64,000 nucleotides of DNA, taken from NCBI GenBank assembly GCA_023410875.1, contig JAEYPH010000036.1, positions 11 to 64,010 on the forward strand, read 5' to 3'. A program made the translations under genes and the position numbers. The notes beneath the pieces are model-generated. The model was not told where the DNA came from, searched no databases, and saw only the letters and a program-made list of their open reading frames with translations. The stretch's first letter is position 1. Each line of letters opens with the position of its first letter. This document shows, piece by piece, positions 27,548 to 35,975 of this stretch. Source of the stretch: Bacillota bacterium (GTDB lineage: Bacteria > Bacillota > Clostridia > Christensenellales > UMGS416).

Positions 27548-28314
27548 CTTGCAGAATTATCCCCTGTCTGGACGTGCGGGATGGCCGCGTGGTCAAGGGC
27601 GTCAACTTCGTGAACATCCGCGACGCCGGCGACCCGGTGGAGGCGGCCAAGCTCTATAACGCCGCCGGCGCCGACGAGCTGACCTTTTTGGACATCACCG
27701 CGTCCAGCGATGGCCGAGCCACCATGCTGGACGTCGTGGCGCGCACGGCGGAGCACGTGTTCATCCCGCTGACCGTGGGCGGCGGCATCCGCACGCTGGA
27801 GGATTTTCGGCGCATCCTCAAGGCCGGGGCCGACAAGATTGCGATCAACTCCGCGCCACTGAAGGACCCGACGCTGGTGGACGAGGCCGCGGCGCGCTTT
27901 GGGTCCCAGTGCGTGGTGGTAGCCATTGATGCCCGGCGACGGGCGGGCGGTGGGTGGGACGCCTACCTGAACGGCGGTCGCGTGAACACCGGCCGCGATG
28001 CCGTGGCCTGGGCCGCCGAGGTGGCCCGCCGGGGCGCCGGGGAGATTTTGCTCACGAGCATGGACGCCGACGGCACGCTGGCCGGATATGACATCGAGCT
28101 GACCCGCGCCGTGACGCAGGCCGTCAACATACCGGTCATCGCCAGCGGCGGGGCGGGGGAGCTGGCCCACTTCGCCGAGGTCGTCACGCAAGCCGGGGCC
28201 GATGCGGTGTTGGCGGCATCGTTGTTCCACGACCGCGTGCTGGAGATCGGCGACGTCAAGCGTTATCTGCGCAGCCGGGGTATCCCGGTGCGCCTTGCGG
28301 AGGATATTGCATGA
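27541..28314 (+). CDS. hisF: imidazole glycerol phosphate synthase, cyclase subunit
   Basis: Start trimmed to [23 protein letters not shown]. Confidence 0.95.
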   Translation: MLTCRIIPCLDVRDGRVVKGVNFVNIRDAGDPVEAAKLYNAAGADELTFLDITASSDGRATMLDVVARTAEHVFIPLTVGGGIRTLEDFRRILKAGADKIAINSAPLKDPTLVDEAAARFGSQCVVVAIDARRRAGGGWDAYLNGGRVNTGRDAVAWAAEVARRGAGEILLTSMDADGTLAGYDIELTRAVTQAVNIPVIASGGAGELAHFAEVVTQAGADAVLAASLFHDRVLEIGDVKRYLRSRGIPVRLAEDIA

Positions 28315-28940
28315 ACTTAACAGGTGACTTGTCTCAAATCAAATACAACGCCGACGGCCTGGCGCCCGTGGTGGCCCAGGACGTGGCGACCGGCGCGGTG
28401 CTGATGCTGGCCTGGGCCAACGACGAGGCGCTGCGGCGCACCGTGGAAACCGGCCAGGCCCACTATTACAGCCGCAGCCGCCGGGAACTGTGGCGCAAGG
28501 GGGCCACATCTGGACACGTCCAGACAGTGCTTCAGGTTTTGGTGGACTGTGACGGAGACACCGTGCTCTACCGCGTGGAACAGACCGGCGGCGCGTGTCA
28601 TACCGGCTCGTATACCTGTTTTTCAACCGTCCTGGCGCAAAGTGATGAGGCCTCCCCGCCTAGCTTTGAGGCGCTGGCCCGGGAGTTCGCCGTAATCCTG
28701 GACCGTAAGGCCAACCCAAAGGAGGGCAGCTATACCAACTACCTCTTCGACAAGGGCATCGAGAAGATCTGCAAAAAGGTCGGCGAGGAGACCTCCGAGG
28801 TCATCATCGCCGCGATGAAGGGAAACAACGACGAGCTGCGCTACGAGGCCGCGGACCTGATCTACCACCTGATGGTGGCCATGGCCCACCAGGGCCTGAG
28901 CTGGCAGGACATTCTCTCGGAGATCGATCGACGTAAGTAG
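28311..28940 (+). CDS. hisI: bifunctional phosphoribosyl-AMP cyclohydrolase / phosphoribosyl-ATP pyrophosphatase
   Basis: HisI part ([20 protein letters not shown]...CDGD...CHTG) fused to HisE part ([20 protein letters not shown]). Confidence 0.93.
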   Translation: MNLTGDLSQIKYNADGLAPVVAQDVATGAVLMLAWANDEALRRTVETGQAHYYSRSRRELWRKGATSGHVQTVLQVLVDCDGDTVLYRVEQTGGACHTGSYTCFSTVLAQSDEASPPSFEALAREFAVILDRKANPKEGSYTNYLFDKGIEKICKKVGEETSEVIIAAMKGNNDELRYEAADLIYHLMVAMAHQGLSWQDILSEIDRRK

Positions 28941-29023
28941 ACATGGTCTGCCTTGACACACCCCGGTCCCGCGGTTAATCTGTATTGCGATAGCACGGAT
29001 TCGCCGATGACCGGGGTGTTTGT

Positions 29024-29884
29024 ATGGTAACAGTGGGAAACAACCTGCGCCCGGTGCGTCGCAGCCGCCTGCGGCAGGCGCTGGGCCACTGGGCATTTGG
29101 GGCGCGCCGCCGCCTGTGGTGGGCTTTTGGCGGTTGCCGCTTTGCCCTCACTCGTGTGAACACACCGTTGGAGCACCTGTGCATGGCCCACAGCACGCCG
29201 CTGCTGCGACAATTGAAGGGCGCGGACATGGCGCTGCAGCGCAATAAGATCACCAACCTGCGCATCGCCGCAGCTCGGCTGGATGGCCTGCTGCTGCACC
29301 CCGGCCAGGTGTTCAGCTTCTGGCGGCTGGTTGGCCGGCCCAGCGCCGCCCGGGGCTTTCTGCCCGGCATGACATTGTATTGCGGCACGGTGGGCGCGGG
29401 CATCGGCGGCGGCCTGTGCCAGATGACCAACCTGATCTACTGGATGACGCTGCACACGGAGCTGACCATCCTGGAGCGCCACCGCCATTCCTACGACGTG
29501 TTCCCGGACAGCAACCGCACGCTGCCCTTCGGCTCCGGGGCCACATGCGCGTGGCCACACCTGGACCTGATGATCCGCAACGACACTGCGCACACGTACC
29601 AACTGCAGGTGCGCGTGGGTGAACACGATCTGGAGGGCCAGTGGCGCTGTGACGATCAACCGACTTGTCGATACGAGGTCGTGGAGCGCGACGCCCGCAT
29701 GTGCAGCGAGCCCTGGGGCGGCTTTTCCCGCCACAACACCCTGATACGCAGACGTTTGGATGCCGATGGCGCGCTGCTGGGCGAAGAACTGGTGACGGAG
29801 AACCACGCGCTGATGATGTATGAGCCGTTCCTGACCGAGGGGACTTTGGAACAGGCAACGGCAGGGGAGGTGGACAGGCAATGA
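29024..29884 (+). CDS. VanW-family protein
   Basis: HPGQVFSFWRLVGRPSAARGF...GGGLCQMTNLIYWMTLHTEL...FPDSNRTLPFGSGATC is typical of the VanW domain. Start uncertain (weak RBS). Confidence 0.8.
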   Translation: MVTVGNNLRPVRRSRLRQALGHWAFGARRRLWWAFGGCRFALTRVNTPLEHLCMAHSTPLLRQLKGADMALQRNKITNLRIAAARLDGLLLHPGQVFSFWRLVGRPSAARGFLPGMTLYCGTVGAGIGGGLCQMTNLIYWMTLHTELTILERHRHSYDVFPDSNRTLPFGSGATCAWPHLDLMIRNDTAHTYQLQVRVGEHDLEGQWRCDDQPTCRYEVVERDARMCSEPWGGFSRHNTLIRRRLDADGALLGEELVTENHALMMYEPFLTEGTLEQATAGEVDRQ

Positions 29885-30372
29885 AAGCGCCGGAATTTAC
29901 GCTGCGCCTGGTGGACGAGGGCGACCTGGCCGCATTGATGGAAGTGTACCGGCAGTGCGAGGACTTCCTGGCTCTGGGGCCGCAAGCCATGGCCTCGGAG
30001 GCCATGGTGCTGGCTGACATTGCCCATTCCCGGGAAATGGGTGGCTTATTCTGCGGCATCTTCGTGGAGGACCGTATGGCTGGCGTGATAGATTATGTGC
30101 CCTCGGGCTTTGAAGGTGAGCCAGGCCACGCCTTTTTGAGCCTGCTGATGATCGCCGAACCGTGGCGGGGCAGGAGCCTGGGCGCCGCCGTCGTGGCCGC
30201 CGTAGAAGGGATCATCGGGCGCAACTTGGCGGTGAAGGCCATACTGTCCGGCGTGCAGGTTAACAACCCCGCCGGCATCGCCTTCTGGCAGCGCATGGGC
30301 TATTCCATCGCCAGCGGCCCCAAGCAGATGGCGGACACTACTGTGTGCTACGACCTGCTAAAGGTATTCTAG
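29881..30372 (+). CDS. GNAT-family N-acetyltransferase
   Basis: LMIAEPWRGRSLGAAVVAAVE...GIAFWQRMGY; start overlaps the VanW stop (ATGA). Confidence 0.85.
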   Translation: MKAPEFTLRLVDEGDLAALMEVYRQCEDFLALGPQAMASEAMVLADIAHSREMGGLFCGIFVEDRMAGVIDYVPSGFEGEPGHAFLSLLMIAEPWRGRSLGAAVVAAVEGIIGRNLAVKAILSGVQVNNPAGIAFWQRMGYSIASGPKQMADTTVCYDLLKVF

Positions 30373-30436
30373 GTTCGTTCAGGTACATACATTTTGCACA
30401 ACTGGCAAATACTACCGCCTGCGGGGGGGATGCGGC

Positions 30437-31060
30437 ATGGGAGTCGCGCTCATCGCGGGCGGCATTCTTCTTTTGCTAATCGCATTTATCATGACGGCGG
30501 AACTGCGCTCATCCATCACGGTTGTGGCTGGACGGGGTGGGGTGTGGCTGCGCTATGCCACAGGCTTGTGGAGCTGCCCGCTCATCGGCGTACAGCTGCG
30601 CTGGATGTTGGGAGGGCGGCCCCGGGCTTGGCTGGAGTTACCTTGGGCCACGCATCCCGTAAGTGCCTCTTTCGATAAAACGCTCAGAGGCCTCAAGGGG
30701 CGCAAGAGTAAAATCAAGCCGGTAAACATCCCGCTCAAGGCTGTCTTTGATCTGGTCAGCCGCTTTCGGGTGCTCAGATTTGATTTCCGCCTGAAGTTGG
30801 GTGTGGCTGACAACGCCGCCGCAACGGCACTTCTGTGCGCCGCTTCACTTTCGGCGGCCCAGGCCGCGCGAATGGTGCTGGCTCGCCAAAGCGGCGAGCG
30901 TCCCTTGGGCATGGTTCAGGTGAAACCATTGTTTTCCGGCGGTGGCGTGTCTTTGCGCTTTGCGTGCATATGGAGCGTTAAAGCCAGCCATATTATCTGG
31001 GAACTGTTGAAGGCATATGCATCATCAAAGGAGGATTTACATGGGAACCCATCCGATTGA
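30437..31060 (+). CDS. YtfI-like (DUF2953) sporulation-associated membrane protein
   Basis: N-terminal TM helix, repeated hairpin-like body, and position immediately upstream of a ytfJ/gerW homolog as in Bacillus ytfI-ytfJ. Confidence 0.65.
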   Translation: MGVALIAGGILLLLIAFIMTAELRSSITVVAGRGGVWLRYATGLWSCPLIGVQLRWMLGGRPRAWLELPWATHPVSASFDKTLRGLKGRKSKIKPVNIPLKAVFDLVSRFRVLRFDFRLKLGVADNAAATALLCAASLSAAQAARMVLARQSGERPLGMVQVKPLFSGGGVSLRFACIWSVKASHIIWELLKAYASSKEDLHGNPSD

Positions 31061-31604
31061 GAATATCATGCAGACGACGATGGAGAGCATCCGCAACATG
31101 GTGGATGTCAACACGATTGTCGGCGATACCGTGGTCATGGGCGACGGTACCGTCATCATACCGATCTCCAAAGTCAGCTTTGGCTTTGTGGCCGGCGGCG
31201 GAGAATATGCCGGCAGAGATAGCGGTGGCCAGCAGGGCGGAGGCGGACGCCAACAGGAGCAGCCTGCGCCCAAAGGGGATTATCCCTTTGCCGGAGGAAG
31301 CGGCGCCGGCGTCAGCGTGAGCCCCATGGCCTTCCTGGTCGTTAGTGAAGGCAGCGTGCAACTGCTGCCGGTGCAGTTCAACAACGCCTGTGAGCGCATG
31401 CTGGAACGGGTGCCCGACTTGCTCTTTGAGCTCAAGCACCTGTTCACCGGCGATCATGGAGATGACAATCGCGGGGAAGGCCATAAGGATAAGGGCAAGG
31501 ACAGGGAAGAGGAGAAACCCAAGCACCGCTGGGGGCGCGGCGGGGACGAAGCGGATGGAGGGGCTCAGGACCCCAACCTGAGACCTGCGAAAGATGAGCT
31601 CTAA
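31041..31604 (+). CDS. ytfJ: GerW/YtfJ-family sporulation protein with Gly/Gln-rich insertion and charged C-terminal tail
   Basis: Start trimmed to MGTHPIENIMQTTMESIRNMVDVNTIVGDTVVMGDGTVIIPISKVSFGFVAGGGEY (AAAGGAGG RBS). Confidence 0.85.
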   Translation: MGTHPIENIMQTTMESIRNMVDVNTIVGDTVVMGDGTVIIPISKVSFGFVAGGGEYAGRDSGGQQGGGGRQQEQPAPKGDYPFAGGSGAGVSVSPMAFLVVSEGSVQLLPVQFNNACERMLERVPDLLFELKHLFTGDHGDDNRGEGHKDKGKDREEEKPKHRWGRGGDEADGGAQDPNLRPAKDEL

Positions 31605-31670
31605 ATTCGGCGGGGGATTGCATCCCCCGCCGATACCACCCCCTGCGCAATCCTAATCAGCGATTCATAA

Positions 31671-31710
31671 TCAGCCGCCGATAACCGTCGGCGGCTGAAC
31701 TTTTATTTTA
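31671..31710 (+). terminator. intrinsic terminator after ytfJ; the hairpin carries the conserved 16-mer GCCGATAACCGTCGGC
   Basis: TCAGCCGCCGA-TAACCG-TCGGCGGCTGA followed by ACTTTTATTTTA. A second hairpin, CGGCGGGGGA-TTGCA-TCCCCCGCCG, lies just upstream (~31606-31632). Confidence 0.7.
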
Positions 31711-31743
31711 GGATGTTTGAACATGTTTATTAGGAGACGAAAG

Positions 31744-32970
31744 ATGCCTGCGGGCATATGCCAACCTTCGTTCAGTCGTGTTCTGCCGCCCGCGAATCAA
31801 TCGCTTGGGCGGCTGCCGGCTGTTTCCATATCCCTCAAGTGGCGGATGTTTCTTTCAGCAACAATGGCGGCTCTTCTAATTTTCGGCTATAATGGAGCAA
31901 CGGCCCACGCGGCGCCCGCGACCAGCGCTCAGTCCGCCGTGGTTATGGAGCAGTCCAGCCGCCGGGTGCTCTTCCAGAAGAACGCCCACCAGCCTCTGCC
32001 CATGGCCAGCACGACCAAGATTATGACGGCGCTGGTGGCGTTGAAGCATGGCCATCTGGACGACCGCGTCAAGGTAGGTCCCCACGCTGCCGGCGTGGAG
32101 GGCTCATCCATCTATCTGAAGGCCGGCGAGACCTGGACGCTGGAGCAGCTGCTCTTTGGCCTGATGCTGCAGAGCGGCAACGACGCCGCCGTGGCCATCG
32201 CCGAGCATGTGGGCGGCAGCATGGATGGCTTTCTGGCGCTGATGAACGACGAGGCCGCCAAGCTGGGCGCGGTGGATACCCATTTCGCCACAGTCAACGG
32301 CCTGGACAAGGCCGGCCATTGTACCAGCGCCTACGATCTGGCGCTGATCACCGCCGCAGCCATGGATGATGCCGACTTCCGGCGCATCGTGGGCAGCAAA
32401 AGTGCCGTGATCGGCGAGGGCGACGTGCGCCGCGCCATCCCCAACAAGAACAAGCTGCTGTGGCGGATGGACGGGGCCAACGGCGTCAAGACCGGATACA
32501 CGAAGGGCGCGGGCCGCTGTTTTGTGGGCGCGGCACAGCGCGGCGGCATGCAGCTGATCGCCGTGGTGCTCAACTGCGGACCCATGTTTGAGGATTCGCA
32601 GGCGCTGATGGAGGATGCCTTCGCACGCTACTCCATGGTGACTGTGGCGCTGCCCGGCCTGGTGCTGGGAGAGGCGCCCACCGAGCAAGGCCAGCGCGGT
32701 ACCGTGCGCTATGGATTCGGCCACGCGCTCGCGCTGCCTCTGGACACCGAGGAGCGCCGCAGGGTGGCTGTGCAGGTGGAATCCCCCGGCGCCGTGGAGG
32801 CTCCGATCGCCGAAGGCCAGCCCATAGGCCAGGCCAAGGTATATCTGGATGGAGAAGAACTGCGAACAGTGGAACTGGTCGCCTTGCAGGATGAAAAGCA
32901 GCGCACATGGCGCTGGTACGCAGATCGTTTGGTGGAGGGGATGTTATGGAGGGGGAAGGACAGTCCGTAA
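31744..32970 (+). CDS. serine-type D-Ala-D-Ala carboxypeptidase (PBP5/DacB-like)
   Basis: SxxK (ASTTKIMTAL), SGN (LQSGNDAAV), KTG (VKTGYTKGAG), C-terminal PBP5_C-like domain. Start uncertain: ATG 31744 has a GGAGA RBS; alternatives are 31717 and 31846. Confidence 0.88.
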   Translation: MPAGICQPSFSRVLPPANQSLGRLPAVSISLKWRMFLSATMAALLIFGYNGATAHAAPATSAQSAVVMEQSSRRVLFQKNAHQPLPMASTTKIMTALVALKHGHLDDRVKVGPHAAGVEGSSIYLKAGETWTLEQLLFGLMLQSGNDAAVAIAEHVGGSMDGFLALMNDEAAKLGAVDTHFATVNGLDKAGHCTSAYDLALITAAAMDDADFRRIVGSKSAVIGEGDVRRAIPNKNKLLWRMDGANGVKTGYTKGAGRCFVGAAQRGGMQLIAVVLNCGPMFEDSQALMEDAFARYSMVTVALPGLVLGEAPTEQGQRGTVRYGFGHALALPLDTEERRRVAVQVESPGAVEAPIAEGQPIGQAKVYLDGEELRTVELVALQDEKQRTWRWYADRLVEGMLWRGKDSP

Positions 32971-33665
32971 GGCTGCAAAAGTTTTTGGCCGCCGCGGGGA
33001 TTGCTTCGCGGCGCAAGTGTGAGGAGATCATCGCCGAGGGTCGCGTGCTCGTCAACGGTGTCGTGGTTACGGAGATGGGTGTCAAGGTGGGCCCTGAAGA
33101 CCGCGTGGAGGTGGACGGCACGCCGGTGGGCGCGCGGGAGGAGCCGGTGTATCTGGCCTTCTACAAGCCACCCAACGTGATGACCACTGCGGCGGACCCG
33201 GAAGGACGCCAGACGGTGCTGGAATTCTTTGGCGACCTGCCCCAGCGGGTGTTCCCGGTAGGTCGGTTGGATTATGAAACCGAAGGGCTGCTGCTGATGA
33301 CCAACGACGGCCCCTGGGCCAACCGCATCACGCACCCCAGCTTCAATCTGGACAAGGAATACCTGGTGAAGGTGAAAGGCCAGTTGGAGGACGCCCAGGT
33401 GCGGGCGCTGGAAAGCGGCGTGATGCTGGAGGGTAAGCGCACCTGGCCGGCCCGCGTGCACACAGTGCGCCGAGGCGGCATGGTCACACAACTAAACGTC
33501 GTGATCCATGAAGGGCGCAACCGCCAGGTGCGCCGCATGCTGGAGGCCGTGGGCCACGAGGTCGTCTATCTCAAGCGCGTAAGAGTGGGCAGCGTGCTAC
33601 TGGGCGAACTCAAGCCCGGCCAGTGGCGGACTTTGACCGCGGATGAAGTGGATAGCTTTCGATGA
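32946..33665 (+). CDS. rluB: RsuA/RluB-family pseudouridine synthase
   Basis: S4 domain (RLQKFLAAAGIASRRKCEEIIAEGRVLVNG) plus catalytic VGRLDYETEGLLLMTNDG. Confidence 0.9.
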   Translation: MEGEGQSVRLQKFLAAAGIASRRKCEEIIAEGRVLVNGVVVTEMGVKVGPEDRVEVDGTPVGAREEPVYLAFYKPPNVMTTAADPEGRQTVLEFFGDLPQRVFPVGRLDYETEGLLLMTNDGPWANRITHPSFNLDKEYLVKVKGQLEDAQVRALESGVMLEGKRTWPARVHTVRRGGMVTQLNVVIHEGRNRQVRRMLEAVGHEVVYLKRVRVGSVLLGELKPGQWRTLTADEVDSFR

Positions 33666-33841
33666 TGTATTTGTGGATATCGTGCTAGAAAAATATCTGT
33701 TATACTTAAAACAAATGGATCCGAAGGTTTCCAAAGGGCGACCGGAAAGCCCTTTGGTCGCGCCCAGTGGCGCGAAATCTTTGTTCTTTGTTCCATTAGC
33801 ACGATAGCCCATCTTTTCGATTGCAACCAAATAAATAACAC

Positions 33842-33870
33842 TTATCACATGCGCGAATATCCGCTATAAT
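33842..33870 (+). promoter_or_regulatory. sigma-A-type promoter, TTATCA-17-TATAAT
   Basis: TTATCA 33842-47, TATAAT 33865-70, 60 nt upstream of the lipoprotein gene. Confidence 0.5.
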
Positions 33871-33929
33871 GAAGATGTCAGGCGGCGGCATGTCAATGCC
33901 GATTATGTTTCGCTTGCCGAGGAGTACAT

Positions 33930-34541
33930 ATGAAGAAACTTCTTGCGTTGACTGTCGTGCTTTCGCTGTGCGTTTTTGCGCTGGTCGGTTGCGTCGGCAT
34001 GGATTTCACCGGCACAGGGCAACAGCCCCAGCCCACGGAGAGCGCGGCCGCCTATGCAGACGAGAGCGCCTTTGCCCAGGCCGTGGCCGATCAGAAGAAG
34101 GCTGCCGACGGTGCCGACGAACACAACCTGAAGGGCGTCGAACATTACTATGGTTTCAAAGTGCTGCCCGACAATGCCAAGGCCGCCGGCGTCAAGGCGC
34201 TGAGCTTCGCCGTGCGCGTGCAGTACGCCTTCGGCGAGACCCACGAGCGGGACTTTGAAAACCAGATGGAGCTCGTGTGGTATCGCAACACCAACGGCAC
34301 CGAATTCATGAGCAAGGTGTCTGAAGACACCACCGCCAAGCAGATCAGCGGCGACGGTACGACCTATGTGCGGACTGTTGCCAAGGCCCTCGTGGCGGAA
34401 AACAGCCAGGAAACCTTTGACTACTGCCAGATCGTCTACTGGTCTCAGGATGATCAGGCTTTCATGGCCGCACTGCCCATGAGCTTCACCGAGGACGACA
34501 TCCGAACCTATTGCGTGGCCGAGAAGAAGCCCCTGACCTGA
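33930..34541 (+). CDS. putative lipoprotein, function unknown
   Basis: MKKLLALTVVLSLCVFALVGC lipobox; GAGGAG RBS. Confidence 0.75.
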   Translation: MKKLLALTVVLSLCVFALVGCVGMDFTGTGQQPQPTESAAAYADESAFAQAVADQKKAADGADEHNLKGVEHYYGFKVLPDNAKAAGVKALSFAVRVQYAFGETHERDFENQMELVWYRNTNGTEFMSKVSEDTTAKQISGDGTTYVRTVAKALVAENSQETFDYCQIVYWSQDDQAFMAALPMSFTEDDIRTYCVAEKKPLT

Positions 34542-34561
34542 CAAAGGATCAGCGCTTCAAG

Positions 34562-34590
34562 GCCGCCTCGTTTGTGCGGGGCGGCTTTCT
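34562..34590 (+). terminator. intrinsic terminator after the lipoprotein gene
   Basis: GCCGCCTCG-tttgtg-CGGGGCGGC followed by TTTCT. Confidence 0.55.
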
Positions 34591-34645
34591 ATGTGAGTAT
34601 TGCCGTTTTGTTTGCAATGCTATGGCAGGAAGCACTGTTTTGCAT

Positions 34646-34674
34646 TTGCTACGGCAAGTGAAAATTGCTATAAT
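34646..34674 (+). promoter_or_regulatory. sigma-A-type promoter of the GT4-fkp operon, TTGCTA-17-TATAAT
   Basis: TTGCTA 34646-51, TATAAT 34669-74, about 40 nt upstream of the glycosyltransferase start. Confidence 0.6.
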
Positions 34675-34715
34675 CCTGTTGTACTGGGCTATCCAGCCAG
34701 TGTGGAAGGAAACCG

Positions 34716-35957
34716 ATGAAGCCATTGAGGGTGCTGCTGCTTACCGTATACTACGAGCCGGAGATCACGGCTGTGGCGACCTACGTGTCGCAGGTCGTGA
34801 AGGACCTGGCTCGGCAGGGGTGCGAGGTGCAGGTGGTTGCCCCGATGCCCACGCGGGATGTGGACAAGCAGACGAGGCTGGCTTACCGCAAACGGCCGCT
34901 GGAAGTGCAGGAGGAGGGCCGGTTGCGCATCCGCCGCGTGTACGTTCCCTTTCGTGAGCCGCGTAAGATGATGGCCAGGGCGCTGCGCTATGCGCTGGTC
35001 ATGCTGGTGCTCTTCGGCCAGGCGCTGTTCCGGCCTGCCGACGTGGTGCTTCTGTTCAGCGCGCCTCCGCTTTTTGGCCTACTGGGCGCGGCGCTGAGGG
35101 TGTTCCGCCGCACGCCAGTCGTCTATTATTTGCAGGATATCTTCCCAGACTCCATGATCAACAGCGGCGTATCCACCAGCCGGTGGCCTGTGGTGCTGGG
35201 CAAGTGGATGGAGCGGGTGACCTATCGCGCCGCCAATCGCATCATCGTTATTTGCCGGGATTTCCGCGACAACCTGCTTCGTAAGGGTGTAAACGCGGAA
35301 AAAATGGATCTGATCTACAACTGGGTCGATGAGAACGCCGTGCAGCCCGTGCCCCGCGCGCAGAACTGCCTTGTGGAGCGCTTGGGATTGGACCCGGACG
35401 CTTTTTATGTGACCTACAGCGGCAATGTGGGCCACACACAGAACTTGGAGATGATGGTGGACGCTGCCGTGGCACTTAAGGACCGGCGCGAAATCCGCTT
35501 TCTGATTATAGGCAATGGCGCCTACGAGGCGGCCATCAAGGCTTATGCTGCAGGCAAATGCGCGGACAATGTGGACTTTGTGCCCTTTCAGGATGTCAAA
35601 GACATTTCCCATGTGTTAAGCATTGGGGATGTGGGCGTGATTCTCTCCAAAAGGAACATCGGACGCAACTCCTTCCCCAGCAAAACATGGAGCATCATGG
35701 CCGCAGAACGCCCGCTCATCGCGTCTTTCGACATGGACAGCGAACTGCGCGACATCATCGCCCAGGCCGACTGCGGGTTCTATGTGCCTCCGGATGACTG
35801 TGATGCCTTTGTGAAGGCCATCCTGAGGCTGTATGGTGACCGGCAGCTCTGCCAGCGCCTGGGGTGCAATGGCAGGCGGTTCATCGAGCAGAATTTAACC
35901 AGAGCGTATGGCACCACCAAGGTGCACAACGTGATGCATAAGGCCGCCGGGCGCTGA
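34716..35957 (+). CDS. GT4-family (GT-B fold, WcaI-like) glycosyltransferase
   Basis: MKPLRVLLLTVYYEPEITAVATYVSQVVKDLARQG N-terminus; C-terminal Glycos_transf_1 region (YSGNVGHTQNLE...E(x7)E-like SKTWSIMAAERPLIA). Confidence 0.88.
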   Translation: MKPLRVLLLTVYYEPEITAVATYVSQVVKDLARQGCEVQVVAPMPTRDVDKQTRLAYRKRPLEVQEEGRLRIRRVYVPFREPRKMMARALRYALVMLVLFGQALFRPADVVLLFSAPPLFGLLGAALRVFRRTPVVYYLQDIFPDSMINSGVSTSRWPVVLGKWMERVTYRAANRIIVICRDFRDNLLRKGVNAEKMDLIYNWVDENAVQPVPRAQNCLVERLGLDPDAFYVTYSGNVGHTQNLEMMVDAAVALKDRREIRFLIIGNGAYEAAIKAYAAGKCADNVDFVPFQDVKDISHVLSIGDVGVILSKRNIGRNSFPSKTWSIMAAERPLIASFDMDSELRDIIAQADCGFYVPPDDCDAFVKAILRLYGDRQLCQRLGCNGRRFIEQNLTRAYGTTKVHNVMHKAAGR

Positions 35958-35975
35958 CGCCCCGCGGGAATTGGA

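Noticed and set aside
22478-28940. The his operon lacks hisC and a histidinol-phosphatase gene; hisB is monofunctional.
   Set aside because: This is the common arrangement in Firmicutes, where hisC and hisJ/K are often encoded elsewhere. It cannot be judged from a 64-kb window.
33679-33805. 9-bp inverted repeat ATCGTGCTA ... TAGCACGAT flanking ~110 nt after rluB (MITE-like), plus a TGTGGATAT DnaA-box-like 9-mer at 33672.
   Set aside because: The arms are short, there is no target duplication, and there is no second copy in the window. The interior is adequately explained by terminator hairpins (CCAAAGGGC...GCCCTTTGG, TCGCGCC...GGCGCGA) of rluB.
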